A stretch of DNA of 64,000 nt from Takakia lepidozioides (lineage: Eukaryota; Plantae; Bryophyta), in contig CM060732.1 of NCBI GenBank assembly GCA_030704615.1, positions 39,494,001 to 39,558,000 on the forward strand, given 5' to 3'. The notes below the pieces were generated by a model. That model saw only the letters and a list, made by a program, of their open reading frames with translations. It was not told the DNA's origin and did not search any database. Positions within the stretch are counted from its first letter, which is position 1; every line of letters begins with the position of its first letter. Of this stretch, positions 63,832 to 64,000 are shown piece by piece. Both the position numbers and the translations under genes were made by a program.

Positions 63832-64000
63832 AAGCATGGGATCCTGGGAAGCTGAGCAGTGTAGGTAATGTTGCTCGTGGTTGATCCACCCTGTTGACCA
63901 CTGCCAAAGGCGAACGGTCATCGTGTCTCACACGTTGAGACTGCCTCCCCGTGTCCAAAATGCTGTCCACTGTGAGGTGTGTTGGCCGCTGCACCCCATC
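63832..64000 (-). pseudogene. DNMT3-like target-recognition region of the gypsy-borne methyltransferase (runs off the window end)
   Basis: Open frame DGVQRPTHLTVDSILDTGRQSQRVRHDDRSPLAVVNRVDQPRATLPTLLSFPGSHA; LDTGR compares with DNMT3 LEHGR. It joins in frame to 46666. Confidence 0.75.

Overview
Eukaryotic plant DNA, probably a non-seed land plant (inferred from the transposon repertoire). A central island of three intact multi-exon host genes (SAM-domain protein on -, NDC80 on +, myristoylated RING-H2 E3 ligase on -; about 17.8-31.4 kb) is flanked by dense, nested and scrambled transposons: a Galadriel/Tcn1-like chromovirus (one full-length copy with 729-bp LTRs and a GGACG TSD, plus four partial copies), RTEX-like and L1-like LINEs, two Dualen/RandI-like LINE pieces, two tRNA-derived SINEs and Helentron-type Helitron relics. 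The most notable result is a non-chromovirus Ty3/gypsy element whose polyprotein can be rebuilt in frame from three separated pieces (64000-63832 on -, 46666-47200 on +, 46665-43575 on -). It reads: C-terminal half of a DNMT3-like C5-cytosine methyltransferase, acidic linker, RT, RNase H, integrase, PHD finger. A separate N4/N6-methyltransferase-like fragment sits inside the Helitron relic. All protein assignments come from motif recognition by eye; no database search was run.
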